A DNA stretch of 64,000 bases from an uncultured virus (IMG/VR IMGVR_UViG_2061766007_004243) (Duplodnaviria > Heunggongvirae > Uroviricota > Caudoviricetes), in the IMG/VR virus record IMGVR_UViG_2061766007_004243; one strand, 5' to 3'. This document shows, one piece after another, positions 1 to 9,872 of the stretch. Position numbers and translations under genes: made by a program. Below the pieces are notes generated by a model. That model was given only the letters and a program-made list of their open reading frames with translations. It made no database searches and had not been told where the DNA came from. Numbering within the stretch: the stretch's first letter is position 1; each line of letters starts with the position of its first letter.

Positions 1-342
1 TTAGGCGGCGTATCCGCCATCCTGTGTCATCAGGGATTCGATGATCTCTTTCTGTACGTAGCGGACCATACCGGGTATGCGTTCGATCGTTTTGCTCAGA
101 CGCTTGTTGGCTTGCCACCTGTTATAGCCGAGTATCTCATAATCGTAGCGGCCGTTATAGAAGTAGTCGTATACGCTTCTGGAGTAGGGCTGCGAGAAAA
201 GAAAGTAGCGGGCGTCGCGGGTACGCATGTAGAAGTCGATCCTGTACCCGCCGGGGGTGCTGGGTTCTTCACTCTTGCGGTTATTCTTCTCATTAATGAG
301 ATTTGAGTCCCAGATCTTACGAACGATGATCATGTACTTCAT
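1..342 (-). CDS. Hypothetical protein (~113 aa, MKYMIIVRK...)
   Basis: ORF 1..393; start moved to ATG 342 because GGAGG lies 9 nt upstream; no recognised motif. Confidence 0.65.
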   Translation of the reverse strand: MKYMIIVRKIWDSNLINEKNNRKSEEPSTPGGYRIDFYMRTRDARYFLFSQPYSRSVYDYFYNGRYDYEILGYNRWQANKRLSKTIERIPGMVRYVQKEIIESLMTQDGGYAA

Positions 343-576
343 AAAAGCTTTCCTCCGTTTTTTCCTTGGCCATTCCCTTGATGACATCGTCATTATAACC
401 TCGACGCGTGTACCGCTGTAGCCAACGTCTTCATGGGGTATAACGATAAAATGGCTAGGACTAATACGGTCTTGCGATTAGTCTTGTGAATGTAATGTGA
501 CATATAAAGAACATACGTATACAAACGCATAGAACTTTATTTGAAACATGAATGGTTGACTTATGTATCAGACAAG

Positions 577-1491
577 TTATCTATTTGTGTGATTGTATGA
601 TTCCGTTTTAACCAATTCCTTTTTGCACATTTCAAACAGCACTTCGAGGCGATCGGCCGGAGTGCCATATCTGGATGCAGGTGATCCTTTGTATTCTTCG
701 TTGCGCAGCTTGAAATCATCAATATACGGTTCATAATAATCATCATAATTGACGCAGAAAACATGGGCCGACTCCTTTGCCCCCCGCGGGGTCTCCCACA
801 TCATGATACCTTTGGCTATGGCCATATAATAACTGATTTTATCGAGTGCCTCGCATATCGCGTCTATTTCCTGTGATTCTCCGGAAAGACTCCGGGGCAG
901 CTTGAATTCTGCGTGTATATCATTCTCAAATATGGTATGATTATGTTTGATAAACAGATATTTCTGCCTCAGTCTGTACGCCACCTCGCAGGGTTCTTTC
1001 CTGCATTCATCGAACATACTGTCGTAAGCGAAAGAAGGCGAAGCGTTTGAGTTGTCACTTTTCCACAGAAGCAGAGCATCAGATAAGCCGGAAATAGCCT
1101 CACTCAATTCACGTCCCTGATCCGATATCGCCCGGCATACACTTGCATATACAGCTGGATAAGTCAGTTCATCCCTCATATACGCGATCAGCTGCATTCT
1201 CAATCCCTCGAGATCTTCAATAGGATACTCATCGGATCTGTAGAATAAGGAGATACTGTTACTGAATTCTGATACTGTTTCGCAGATCATATCAAACTCC
1301 GGTTTGAACAGCTTTTTTTCGAAAGAGCAATCAGAATCGACCCAGACTCGAAAAGGGTAGCCAAACACCGTTTCGATGTGCCGGATGTTTGCAGATATTT
1401 CTTCACAAATCCACATTTTTGCCCGCTTGATATCGCCCTGGTCCTTATATTCCCGCCAGCTCGGTTGCAATTCCTGATAAAACACCGACAT
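577..1491 (-). CDS. Hypothetical acidic protein (304 aa), third gene of the AAA/VirD4-like operon
   Basis: Long ORF with AGGAGGTG SD, 7 nt downstream of the VirD4-like gene. Confidence 0.75.
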   Translation of the reverse strand: MSVFYQELQPSWREYKDQGDIKRAKMWICEEISANIRHIETVFGYPFRVWVDSDCSFEKKLFKPEFDMICETVSEFSNSISLFYRSDEYPIEDLEGLRMQLIAYMRDELTYPAVYASVCRAISDQGRELSEAISGLSDALLLWKSDNSNASPSFAYDSMFDECRKEPCEVAYRLRQKYLFIKHNHTIFENDIHAEFKLPRSLSGESQEIDAICEALDKISYYMAIAKGIMMWETPRGAKESAHVFCVNYDDYYEPYIDDFKLRNEEYKGSPASRYGTPADRLEVLFEMCKKELVKTESYNHTNR

Positions 1492-1498
1492 TCACCTC

Positions 1499-3229
1499 CT
1501 ACCCGTTCTGCGCCGCAGTTGATTTTTGGTGCTTAGTAAACAGCTTTTCAAACGCTCGCTGTGTCTTTATCTTTTCAAGCAAATCCCGGTTATTCTGCCG
1601 GGATGTTTCTTTTTCTTCCTGCTCCTTCTCCTGCTCCGGATCATCTATCAGTTCTAAATCATCGAGAGGCAGAAGCTCAAGCTTGTTGTCGACCGACTCC
1701 GGAAACAGGGAAACAAGATCAGGGTCATCGAGATCCAAGTCCAGGTCTTCGAGGTTGAAGTCATCAAGCTTATCCAACGTATCAGCGCTCTCCATGACTG
1801 TGCTATCGAAATACTTTGCGTTGATCTGAGGCAGTGGAACAGGTTCCATGCTGCCAAACGGATAGCTGTCTATATCGGCAAGCCTTCCCATGAACGGATA
1901 CAGCCTGCCGCACAGTATCAGCGCTTCGCCTTTCTCCTTGTCAAGTCTCTGAAGCCGGGATATGTTTATCAGCGGGCGGTTATCCTTGTCCGTACCGCAC
2001 AGCGTTTCCAACTCGCTGAGCAGCGCGGTTTCGCGGCTGGTAAGGAAAACCCAGTCGTTGCAGTTGCCGCGGATCGTCTCCGCGTCTTCACCATATTTGC
2101 TCCTGAGCTGGTTCAGGCTCTGGATGATGAGGTAGAATCGGATATTCCGCGAGCGCGCCGCGGAGATCATGCTGCTCATATCAGGGATCGCGGGCAGGTT
2201 TGAGAACTCATCCAGCAGGAAATTGACTCTGACGGGCAGCCTCTTTCCATCGCTTTCCTGCGCCGCATGGATCAGTCTCTCATAACACTGTTTTATAAAT
2301 ACTGAAACCAGTCTGTGCAAGGTCGTTTTCTCGTCCGGCATAATGATGTACACGACCGTTTTTTCCATGCCGACATCTGAGAAATCGATATCATTGACCG
2401 ATAGCATATCCTGCAGCGCTTTACGGCTGTACAGGAACTGCACGCCGGCTTTATAGCTGACTATAATATTACTTGTTGTCCTTTCCGCACCGCAAAGCAC
2501 GGATTCGAGGTTTATCCTGGCCAGTGAGTCTGGACTGTAATGCTTGATCATCTCCCGCGCGCACGATTTCCTGTCCACGCAGGACACATCTTCCGCATCC
2601 AGGTTCTCGCTCAGCTTCTGTACGGCGCGCAGGCTTATCTCCGGGAAAACATCCGTTTTTTCTATAAGCATCTCGCATAAGCTTTCGAACAAGGTGCGCG
2701 CGGTATTGTCCCAGAACGGGTCTATGCTGTGCCCTGAAGCAGAAAAGAATGCCCTTGCAAGATCGTTGATGATGCTTACCGCGTCATCCATTTCTCCCAT
2801 TTTCACGTACCGTGCCGCTTCGTACAGCGGATTCCATCCGTGCGAGCGCCTTGGGTCCCGCAGATTGAGCACTTTGATGTTATATCCCTCAGAGGCATAC
2901 AGACCGCTCGTGCGCTCGTACAGTTCGCCCTTGGGGTCGGTACATATGACCGATTCGCCTGCCCGTGCGATCATCTGCATCATGGGCATGGCCAGCAGGC
3001 GGGATTTCTTGCTGCCTGTCGACCCGATGATCAGTCCGTGGGAATCATCGCCATTAACATAGGCGGTCTGGCCGTCGCTTATCAGCGGAAGCCCCGCGGC
3101 GGGATAATGCGCTTCGCTCATGTCGACTTTGACCAGGCGCTGCATAAGCTCGGTCTCATCCGCCCAGCGCGCGCCTGAGTAAGTGTCTTTGCTGTCGTAT
3201 CTGTAAGACTCATAACTCATACCATTCAA
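1499..3229 (-). CDS. VirD4/TraG/TraD-like P-loop ATPase without N-terminal membrane anchor
   Basis: GSTGSKKSR Walker A variant, TDPKGELY, SHGWNPL, DPFW, FLLDEFSNLP Walker B, SAARSRNIRF..QSLNQL typical of coupling proteins; acidic C-terminal tail. Confidence 0.85.
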   Translation of the reverse strand: MNGMSYESYRYDSKDTYSGARWADETELMQRLVKVDMSEAHYPAAGLPLISDGQTAYVNGDDSHGLIIGSTGSKKSRLLAMPMMQMIARAGESVICTDPKGELYERTSGLYASEGYNIKVLNLRDPRRSHGWNPLYEAARYVKMGEMDDAVSIINDLARAFFSASGHSIDPFWDNTARTLFESLCEMLIEKTDVFPEISLRAVQKLSENLDAEDVSCVDRKSCAREMIKHYSPDSLARINLESVLCGAERTTSNIIVSYKAGVQFLYSRKALQDMLSVNDIDFSDVGMEKTVVYIIMPDEKTTLHRLVSVFIKQCYERLIHAAQESDGKRLPVRVNFLLDEFSNLPAIPDMSSMISAARSRNIRFYLIIQSLNQLRSKYGEDAETIRGNCNDWVFLTSRETALLSELETLCGTDKDNRPLINISRLQRLDKEKGEALILCGRLYPFMGRLADIDSYPFGSMEPVPLPQINAKYFDSTVMESADTLDKLDDFNLEDLDLDLDDPDLVSLFPESVDNKLELLPLDDLELIDDPEQEKEQEEKETSRQNNRDLLEKIKTQRAFEKLFTKHQKSTAAQNG

Positions 3230-4281
3230 CCTCCGAATCCGATCCTTCTCTCCTCTTTTACTGCCGGCCGCAGTTGTTTCAGATAGCGGTCCTCAAGAAG
3301 ATTCCTGAGCACATTCTTTGTTATCACCCGTTCCTTCAGTTCAACGGTTGCTGCAGCCTGGAATACCAGAAGGTCGGCCAGATGCTCCAGCGTCTGCAGA
3401 CCGTCAAACCCCTTGACTTCCCTGAGCCGTCCCATGGTCGGAACAAGATACTCGCGCGCTTCATCCGACAGATCAAACCCCCGGCGCCAGAGAAAGTCTT
3501 CCGTGTAATGCACCAGATCTTCTTCGGATAGTCTGGGAAAGCGGATGATCTCTACAGGAAGCGATAATGCCAGCTGTCTTGCGAACGTCCCTGGAGCGTC
3601 GCCGTTTTCTATGGGGACTATAAACACGAAGAGCAGGTCTCCCCGCTTGTCCCGGGCAAAGTCGATCAACTTCTCAACCACCCAGTCGTCTTCTTGCCAG
3701 CTTCTTCCCACTTCGATACCGATTATCCCGCGAAAGCAGCTGTGCATCCCGGCGGCGTCACGGACTGCTTTCAAAATGGGATCCATTCCATAGTCCAGCA
3801 CCTGTTCGATCACCTGTTTCTCACCCTGGAAGCTGAACAGTTTCAGTTCATCCAGCAGCTGTGCAAGCATGCGCAGATGCGTCGTAACTCCGCTTCCGGG
3901 CGCCTCGGCAAATATGAAATTAGGAATGAGTATCGAGTCAATGCCCAGCCTGTCACAGTTTTTCGCTACGCATCTCAGCCGCTTGCTCAGCGCTTTGAAT
4001 TCTTCGTTCCCGCGCTGCCTGAGTATCCGGCCGTACGCGCTGTTGACGTCTTCATATATAGTATTCTCTTCGAAATTCGAAGGTTCAGCGTTTTCATCTT
4101 GTTGATGTTTTATATGCAATTCTGCACATCCGCCTTCAGGAAGTGTGCCTGCAGAGCAGATAGTTTTGTCTGCTGCATCAGCTGTTATGATGCTGTGTGT
4201 CATAGCAAGCTTGTTTAATGTATGAAGCTCAAAAGACTCACTGCTAGTTCCTGTTTTCTCATGTAAAACATATTTTGCCAT
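3226..4281 (-). CDS. Degenerate AAA+ ATPase-like protein (SpoVK/CbbX-like architecture)
   Basis: FIFAEAPGSGVTT P-loop lacking the Lys, IRFP..SEEDL, C-terminal RRIGF; start MAKY after GGAGGA; ATGA overlap with next gene. Confidence 0.7.
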   Translation of the reverse strand: MAKYVLHEKTGTSSESFELHTLNKLAMTHSIITADAADKTICSAGTLPEGGCAELHIKHQQDENAEPSNFEENTIYEDVNSAYGRILRQRGNEEFKALSKRLRCVAKNCDRLGIDSILIPNFIFAEAPGSGVTTHLRMLAQLLDELKLFSFQGEKQVIEQVLDYGMDPILKAVRDAAGMHSCFRGIIGIEVGRSWQEDDWVVEKLIDFARDKRGDLLFVFIVPIENGDAPGTFARQLALSLPVEIIRFPRLSEEDLVHYTEDFLWRRGFDLSDEAREYLVPTMGRLREVKGFDGLQTLEHLADLLVFQAAATVELKERVITKNVLRNLLEDRYLKQLRPAVKEERRIGFGG

Positions 4282-4810
4282 ATGATTTCCTCCGTGTATA
4301 ATCATATATTTATCATTATTAATGCCATGTGGAACGTTTTTCCCTTGGCTCGCTCATATCTTCGCGCAGCTTCCCCGGGTAAGTGCGTCCCGTATGGGCT
4401 TTGCAGTTTTCAAGGTGCGCGGATTTGGGGCAATATTAAAAGCCAATGCCCCGATCGAAACACGAATGTATAGACTCCACCTGTGGAGTTACATCATGTT
4501 TCCATCAAAGCATTGGCTTTTTTGATATACACTACATTACATGGCGTTCTTTTCCTTTTGCTTATCTTTTCTGCGCAGGTCTGTTATAATGACAAGCTGG
4601 TATTCTACAGCAACGTCGATCTTTTTCCAGTTACCAGCTGCTTTTGAGTATCGATGATTCCTGCTCCACTAGACTATAACACATTTTAATCAAGGTGTCA
4701 TTGAACTTGTAGTTCAGAATTATACAAACAAGTCTCTTGTATTGGGGAACTATTTACTGTAAAATCTCGTCTCGTTGTTGCTTGACAATTGAATACTCAG
4801 TGCGGAGGTT

Positions 4811-5107
4811 ATGCCTATGACTGACATGAGACCTTTTCCAACAATCGACCTTAAAGCCACTGGAAGTAAGATCGTAAGACTCAGGCAAGCAAAAGCACTT
4901 ACAGTTAGAGACCTCCAGGATTATTTTGGATTTGAAGCGCCTCAGGCCATATACAAATGGCAAAGAGGAGAAACGCTGCCAAGCGTCGACAATCTATACG
5001 CACTTAGCAAGTTGTTGGATGTGCCGATAAACGATATACTGGTGGGCAAAGACAGAATGATCAAAACAAAATCAGAGCCAAACGGCTCTGATTCTTTTTA
5101 TCTCTAA
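4811..5107 (+). CDS. Xre-family helix-turn-helix regulator
   Basis: LRQAKALTVRDLQDYFGFEAPQAIYKWQRGETLPSVDNL. Confidence 0.9.
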   Translation: MPMTDMRPFPTIDLKATGSKIVRLRQAKALTVRDLQDYFGFEAPQAIYKWQRGETLPSVDNLYALSKLLDVPINDILVGKDRMIKTKSEPNGSDSFYL

Positions 5108-5136
5108 TTGACAAATTATTAAGTATATGGTAGAAC
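5108..5136 (+). promoter_or_regulatory. Sigma70-type promoter of the phosphatase gene
   Basis: TTGACA-17 nt-TAGAAC with TG upstream of the -10. Confidence 0.55.
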
Positions 5137-5197
5137 CATATTAATCGTTTTATCTGATCTTCAATGAATTGAAAAAACTCTTTTGAGGTTTACCTAA

Positions 5198-5911
5198 ATG
5201 ATTTATGTAACTTCTGATCTGCATGGTTATCCTATGCCGGATTTCATGCGTTTGTTGGACAAAGCGAAGTTTTCTGATACTGATGACCTTATCGTTCTTG
5301 GAGACGTGATCGATCGCAACGGCGATGGAGGTGTTTCTATCCTGCGCTGGTTGCTTCAGCAGGTGAATGTCCGAATGATAATGGGAAATCATGAAGCAAT
5401 GCTATTAGCATGCCGGTTCTTATTTGATAATATAACCGATGAAAGCCTCAGCCGGTTGAATGAATACAAAATGCGGTTATTGTCAACCTGGATGATGAAC
5501 GGCGCGGAACCGACACTTAAGGCGTTGAGAGAGCTGTTTCATGAAGACGAAGAAACCGCACGTGAGATACTTGAATATCTCGATGAAGCTCCTTTTTATG
5601 AAGTGATTGAGTCGCCAACAAAACAGTATTTGCTGGTCCACTCCGGATTGGGTAATTTCTCCAGGGAAAAACGTTTATCCGAGTATACACCTGACGAATT
5701 GTTATGGACACGTCCAGAGCCTTACCAGATGTATTATCAAAAGACAGTGACCATATTGGGGCATACCCCGACTGAGTATTACGGTTCCACATATGCTGGG
5801 AAAATGATGAAAACCCCGACATGGATCGATATCGATACCGGGGCGGCTTATGGGGAACCGCCAATGCTTCTGCGCCTGGATGATGAACGACCTTTTTATC
5901 TGGATCGATAA
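5198..5911 (+). CDS. Calcineurin-like metallophosphoesterase (PrpA/lambda-type Ser/Thr phosphatase)
   Basis: DLHG, GDVIDR, GNHE, VHSG, GHTP, IDIDTG motifs. Confidence 0.92.
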   Translation: MIYVTSDLHGYPMPDFMRLLDKAKFSDTDDLIVLGDVIDRNGDGGVSILRWLLQQVNVRMIMGNHEAMLLACRFLFDNITDESLSRLNEYKMRLLSTWMMNGAEPTLKALRELFHEDEETAREILEYLDEAPFYEVIESPTKQYLLVHSGLGNFSREKRLSEYTPDELLWTRPEPYQMYYQKTVTILGHTPTEYYGSTYAGKMMKTPTWIDIDTGAAYGEPPMLLRLDDERPFYLDR

Positions 5912-6075
5912 GATCGTTCATCCTTGGTTATTGTTGATCATCATTGATAAGATATAGGATAAATGAGGGAGACACGCGTCTATTAATTTACTTCTTATAT
6001 ACTTGCCTTAAATCCATTTATTGTATACTATCGATGATGTGCCAACTCGTCGCATAACTGCGGGATACAAGTCGT

Positions 6076-6117
6076 CAACAAAACTGACCCAGGACAGTCC
6101 TCCGGTCAGTTTTGTTG
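6076..6117. terminator. Bidirectional terminator-like hairpin between convergent genes
   Basis: caacaaaactgacc / ggtcagttttgttg perfect 14-bp inverted repeat. Confidence 0.7.
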
Positions 6118-6336
6118 TATATAGGTGCAGATTAAGCCACACTTTGCTTAGCACATCTTTCGCAGCTCGTCATTTGTCGGCATGACAGTCTCAACATGCA
6201 GAAGCAGCTGATAACAAGCATACCAATAATACGGATGATGATCTCCGCAACCATCAGCATTCTTATTAGAGGGCTGATCTGATACATTTAGGATAGCATA
6301 ATACTTGTTTAGCAGTATCACTTATCAGATTACTCT

Positions 6337-7441
6337 CTAGTGCATCTTAACCCAGATACAAGGACGGACACAGCCCCTCGAACCAGTAACAGGATCACCT
6401 GAAGGCCCTAAACGACCCGTACTGTTAACCATAGTGCCGTCGGACTGTGTCCTTCCGGGGGTACGCAGCCACCACCAACCATTTCCGTCTTCGTTGGCGA
6501 AAGCGTTATGACTTCTTGCGTACTGGGTCGGAGCGCAAAGACGATCATCTTGATCGGGAAAGTATTTAAATACTTCATTGACACTCAACAGAAACACATT
6601 GTCAAGGGTATCGTTTCCTGGGTCTGTCTCCCAATCCGGATTCTCATCCGCGCTGACATCAGCGGTAATTATGAATGGCTTTTCGTACTTGCGGAATGCC
6701 ATGTTATAGAATTCGTCGTTAAGCCACTGACGCAGATCGCACTCTTCCCAGGTCATGTCGATTTCTTCTTCGTGATAGCATTTACAATCAAGACCGTCCT
6801 TGCTTAGGAGCAACGCGTTCTCGCCTTGTATGTCCAGCACGATCCATTCAATATCCATATCATAGTATTTGCCATATTGCTGCCTCTCCTGAGGATAAAC
6901 ACCGAATTCTACGATTGCGCCGATATAGTAATCCGGATAGAGGTCAGAAGCACTTTCGCTTAGCGGTTCAGACTCCGGGGTGTCGGATTGTGTTTCTTCA
7001 GATACGCCCAAGTAGAAACCTTTATTGCAGGTGTTGCCATTTGCATCAATGTCGCGCCAGTAGATAGTTTCACCTGGTTGCACATCAGGTATGGTGAACA
7101 TCAGATTTTCAGAATCAACTTGCTCTGACTGAGATTTCTGAATTTGCCCATCCTGGTTTTCACGCCAAACCTCTATGGTAAAGCTATCGGAAGATGACAT
7201 CAGCTCAATCGTGAATATGAGATCACAGTATTCATTTGCAGTCAGGCAGAATGTCCCGTCAGGAACATCGCACACGATGACCATGGTGTCGTCTGAGATA
7301 TGACTTAAATCTGTGCTGTCGAGCCATTCTCTTGCACCGTGTGAGGAGATGACGACTTCCTCAGCATATACGGATGCCAAGAAAGGCATAACGATACATA
7401 AAAGAGATAGAATTAGTACAAATACAAGGTAGCGTTTCATA
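6337..7441 (-). CDS. Exported protein with C-terminal DUF6273-like domain
   Basis: Signal peptide MKRYLVFVLIL after GGAGG; IEWIVL, TWEECDLRQWLN, VFLLS, WWWLRTPG, VRPCIW motifs. Confidence 0.8.
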
Positions 7442-8169
7442 ATGGTTTCCTCCAGCTTAGTCGTTATCAATGGTCTACCAGTTGCCATAAGATGATTATT
7501 GATTAGGAAGTACGTTATGATGTGATAAGTTCTATTTCATGTGATTTTGCCTTTCACCTAATCATCTGTACTGGCTTCATTTGGTTACGTCATGATTATA
7601 AACACTTAGCACACGTATCTGTATTTCTCTTTTTCGTCTATCCTTCAATCGAGTTATTTGCACTCTATTGTAGTTGTACAAGTAGAATCTATTTTACAAA
7701 TGCAAATGAACATAGAAGAATACAGTTTTATCCACTACTTCATTTGAGAATGGGTATACTTTTTTACACATGACCCCCCGGGCCCAATTTGTCGGAAATT
7801 CACGCGTGACCCCGGCGCGGTCCCCGGCACGCATACGTAGGGATCGTGATCCCCCTTCCCATAGGGGAGCCCATCCGGCCCCGGGCACAGCGCCGCCCCG
7901 GGGACTTCAGCACGGCAAAGCGGAGCAGTGTGCCCCGGCGGTTTCCCGCCGACTTTCGCAGAACAAAGTCCCATTTCCCCGGCACTTCCGCACGGCGAAG
8001 TCCGAAAGTGTGCCCCGGCCCCGGTAGCCCCGGGTTTTCGCCGGGGTTTTTTCTTTTTCGCCCGGGGTTTTTGCCGCCGGAAAAAAGGCTTCCTTATAGC
8101 GCCCCGCAGGTTATCCGAAACGACGCGAAAACTACGCCGGAAGTTATCTTGACTTCCGGNNNNNNNNNN

Positions 8170-9658
8170 GTGATTGTATTTCCAGTCAGTGCGCGTCAGC
8201 ACCAGCCGATCTTTCTTCCACACCAGGCCCGCGCCGACCTTGAAGCCCGCGTCCTCATATGCGTCGTGGAATACCCGCGCTTTGGCCGTGGCGTAAAACA
8301 CATATATACTGGCGTCCGGGGCCATAAAGTCATGAAAGCAATTGAATGCTTTCAGCAGGAACTCGTACCCGTCCCTGTCGTTCAGGTCGTCGTTGGCTAT
8401 TTTCCCTACCGAGCTTTCCAGCTTGACCAGGTAAGGCGGGTCGGTGCAGACCAGGTTGACCCTGGTATCGCCGAGCAGGCGTTCGTATGTTTCAGGCATA
8501 GTTGAATCACCGCAGGTCACGGTATGCCTGCCCAGATGCCATATGTCTCCCGGGCGGGAGAAGCACNNNNNNNNNNAGCCGTAGCATAGAACACATATAT
8601 ACTGGCGTCCGGGGCCATAAAGTCATGAAAGCAGTTGAACGCCTTCAGCAGGAACTCGTACCCGTCCCTGTCGTTCAGGTCGTCGTTGGCGATCTTTCCG
8701 ACCGAGCTCTCCAGCCTGACCAGGTAAGGCGGGTCGGTGCAGACCAGGTTGACCCTGGTATCGCCGAGCAGGCGTTCGTATGTTTCAGGCAGCGTGGAGT
8801 CGCCGCAGATCACGGTATGCCTGCCCAGATGCCATATGTCTCCCGGGCGGGAGAAGCACGGTTTCGCCAGTTCCGCGTCGACGTCGAAGTTATCGTCCTG
8901 CACATCCTTGTTGTGGACGTTTGAGAGTATGTCGTTCACCTCGGCGGCGTCAAAGCCTGTGGAATCCAGGTCGTAGCCGACGGACTGCAGGTCCTGCAGC
9001 AGATCAGCCAGGGCTACGGGCTCCCANNNNNNNNNNCTTTGCCAGCTCCGCGTCGACGTCGAAGTTATCGTCCTGCACGTCCTTGTTATGGACGTTGGAA
9101 AGAATGTCGTTCACCTCTGCTGCGTCAAAGCCCGTCGAGTCCAGATCATAACCGACGGACTGCAGGTCCTGCAGCAGATCAGCCAGGGCTACGGGCTCCC
9201 AGTCGCCGGTGGCTTTGTTGAGCACTATATTCAGCGCTTTCTCATCAGCGGGNNNNNNNNNNACCCGTGGAGTCCAAATCATAACCGACGGACTGCAGTT
9301 CGGACAGCAGATCGGCCAGCGCTACGGGCTCCCAATCGCCGGTGGCTTTGTTGAGCACTATATTCAGCGCTTTCTCATCAGCGGGATCTTCTATGTGCAC
9401 CACGACGCACATGATCTCCTGCGCGCCCTCCGCTTTCAGCACCTTGAAGCGCTGGTGTCCGCCGACTATATTTCCCGTCACTTCGTTCCAGATGATGGGG
9501 TCGACATACCCGAAATCGTTCATCGAGCGCTTGATCTTTTCATACGCGGGATCGCCGGGTTTTAGGTCTTTTCTGGGGTTGTATTTCGCCGGTTTCAGTT
9601 TGGAAACGGGCACTTTCTGTATGTTCATTTCAGCGTGAACGGTATTGGTCGCCGCCAT
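8170..9658 (-). CDS. ParB-like/DNA N6-N4 methyltransferase fusion, N-terminal part in four overlapping contig fragments from several element copies
   Basis: LKPAKYNPRK, GYVDPIIWN, VGGHQR (ParB-like); GDIWHLGRH, CGDS, TDPPY (MTase); fragments separated by 10-N gaps. Confidence 0.85.
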
Positions 9659-9741
9659 ATTATTCAGTCCTTTCAGAATTGTTTGGGTGATTCCGGCCGT
9701 CCGGAAAAATCTTTTCAGTTTCGCGAAAAATNNNNNNNNNN

Positions 9742-9847
9742 AGAGCAGACCGGCTACCGCAGCACTTCTTATTTCATAAAAACATTCAAAGGCTATTACG
9801 GCGTGACGCCCATACAATACAAGAAAAACAGCGCACAGTTCACCTGA
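9742..9847 (+). CDS. AraC-family regulator, C-terminal fragment (5' part lost in gap)
   Basis: EQTGYRSTSYFIKTFKGYYGVTPIQY. Confidence 0.8.
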
Positions 9848-9872
9848 AACCATTCTACAGGAGCGTGAGCCA

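Noticed and set aside
1499..3229. Conjugative ICE transfer region
   Set aside because: No relaxase, VirB4 or other mating-pair genes in the window and no membrane anchor; kept only as an atypical module
7694..8152. Several Pro/Arg/Gly-rich ORFs in the ORF track
   Set aside because: Artefacts of a GC-rich, stop-poor non-coding tract and of reading through N gaps
8170..9400. Apparent tandem duplication of methylase segments
   Set aside because: Every repeat boundary is a 10-N gap, so these are collapsed alleles from multiple element copies rather than a real tandem array
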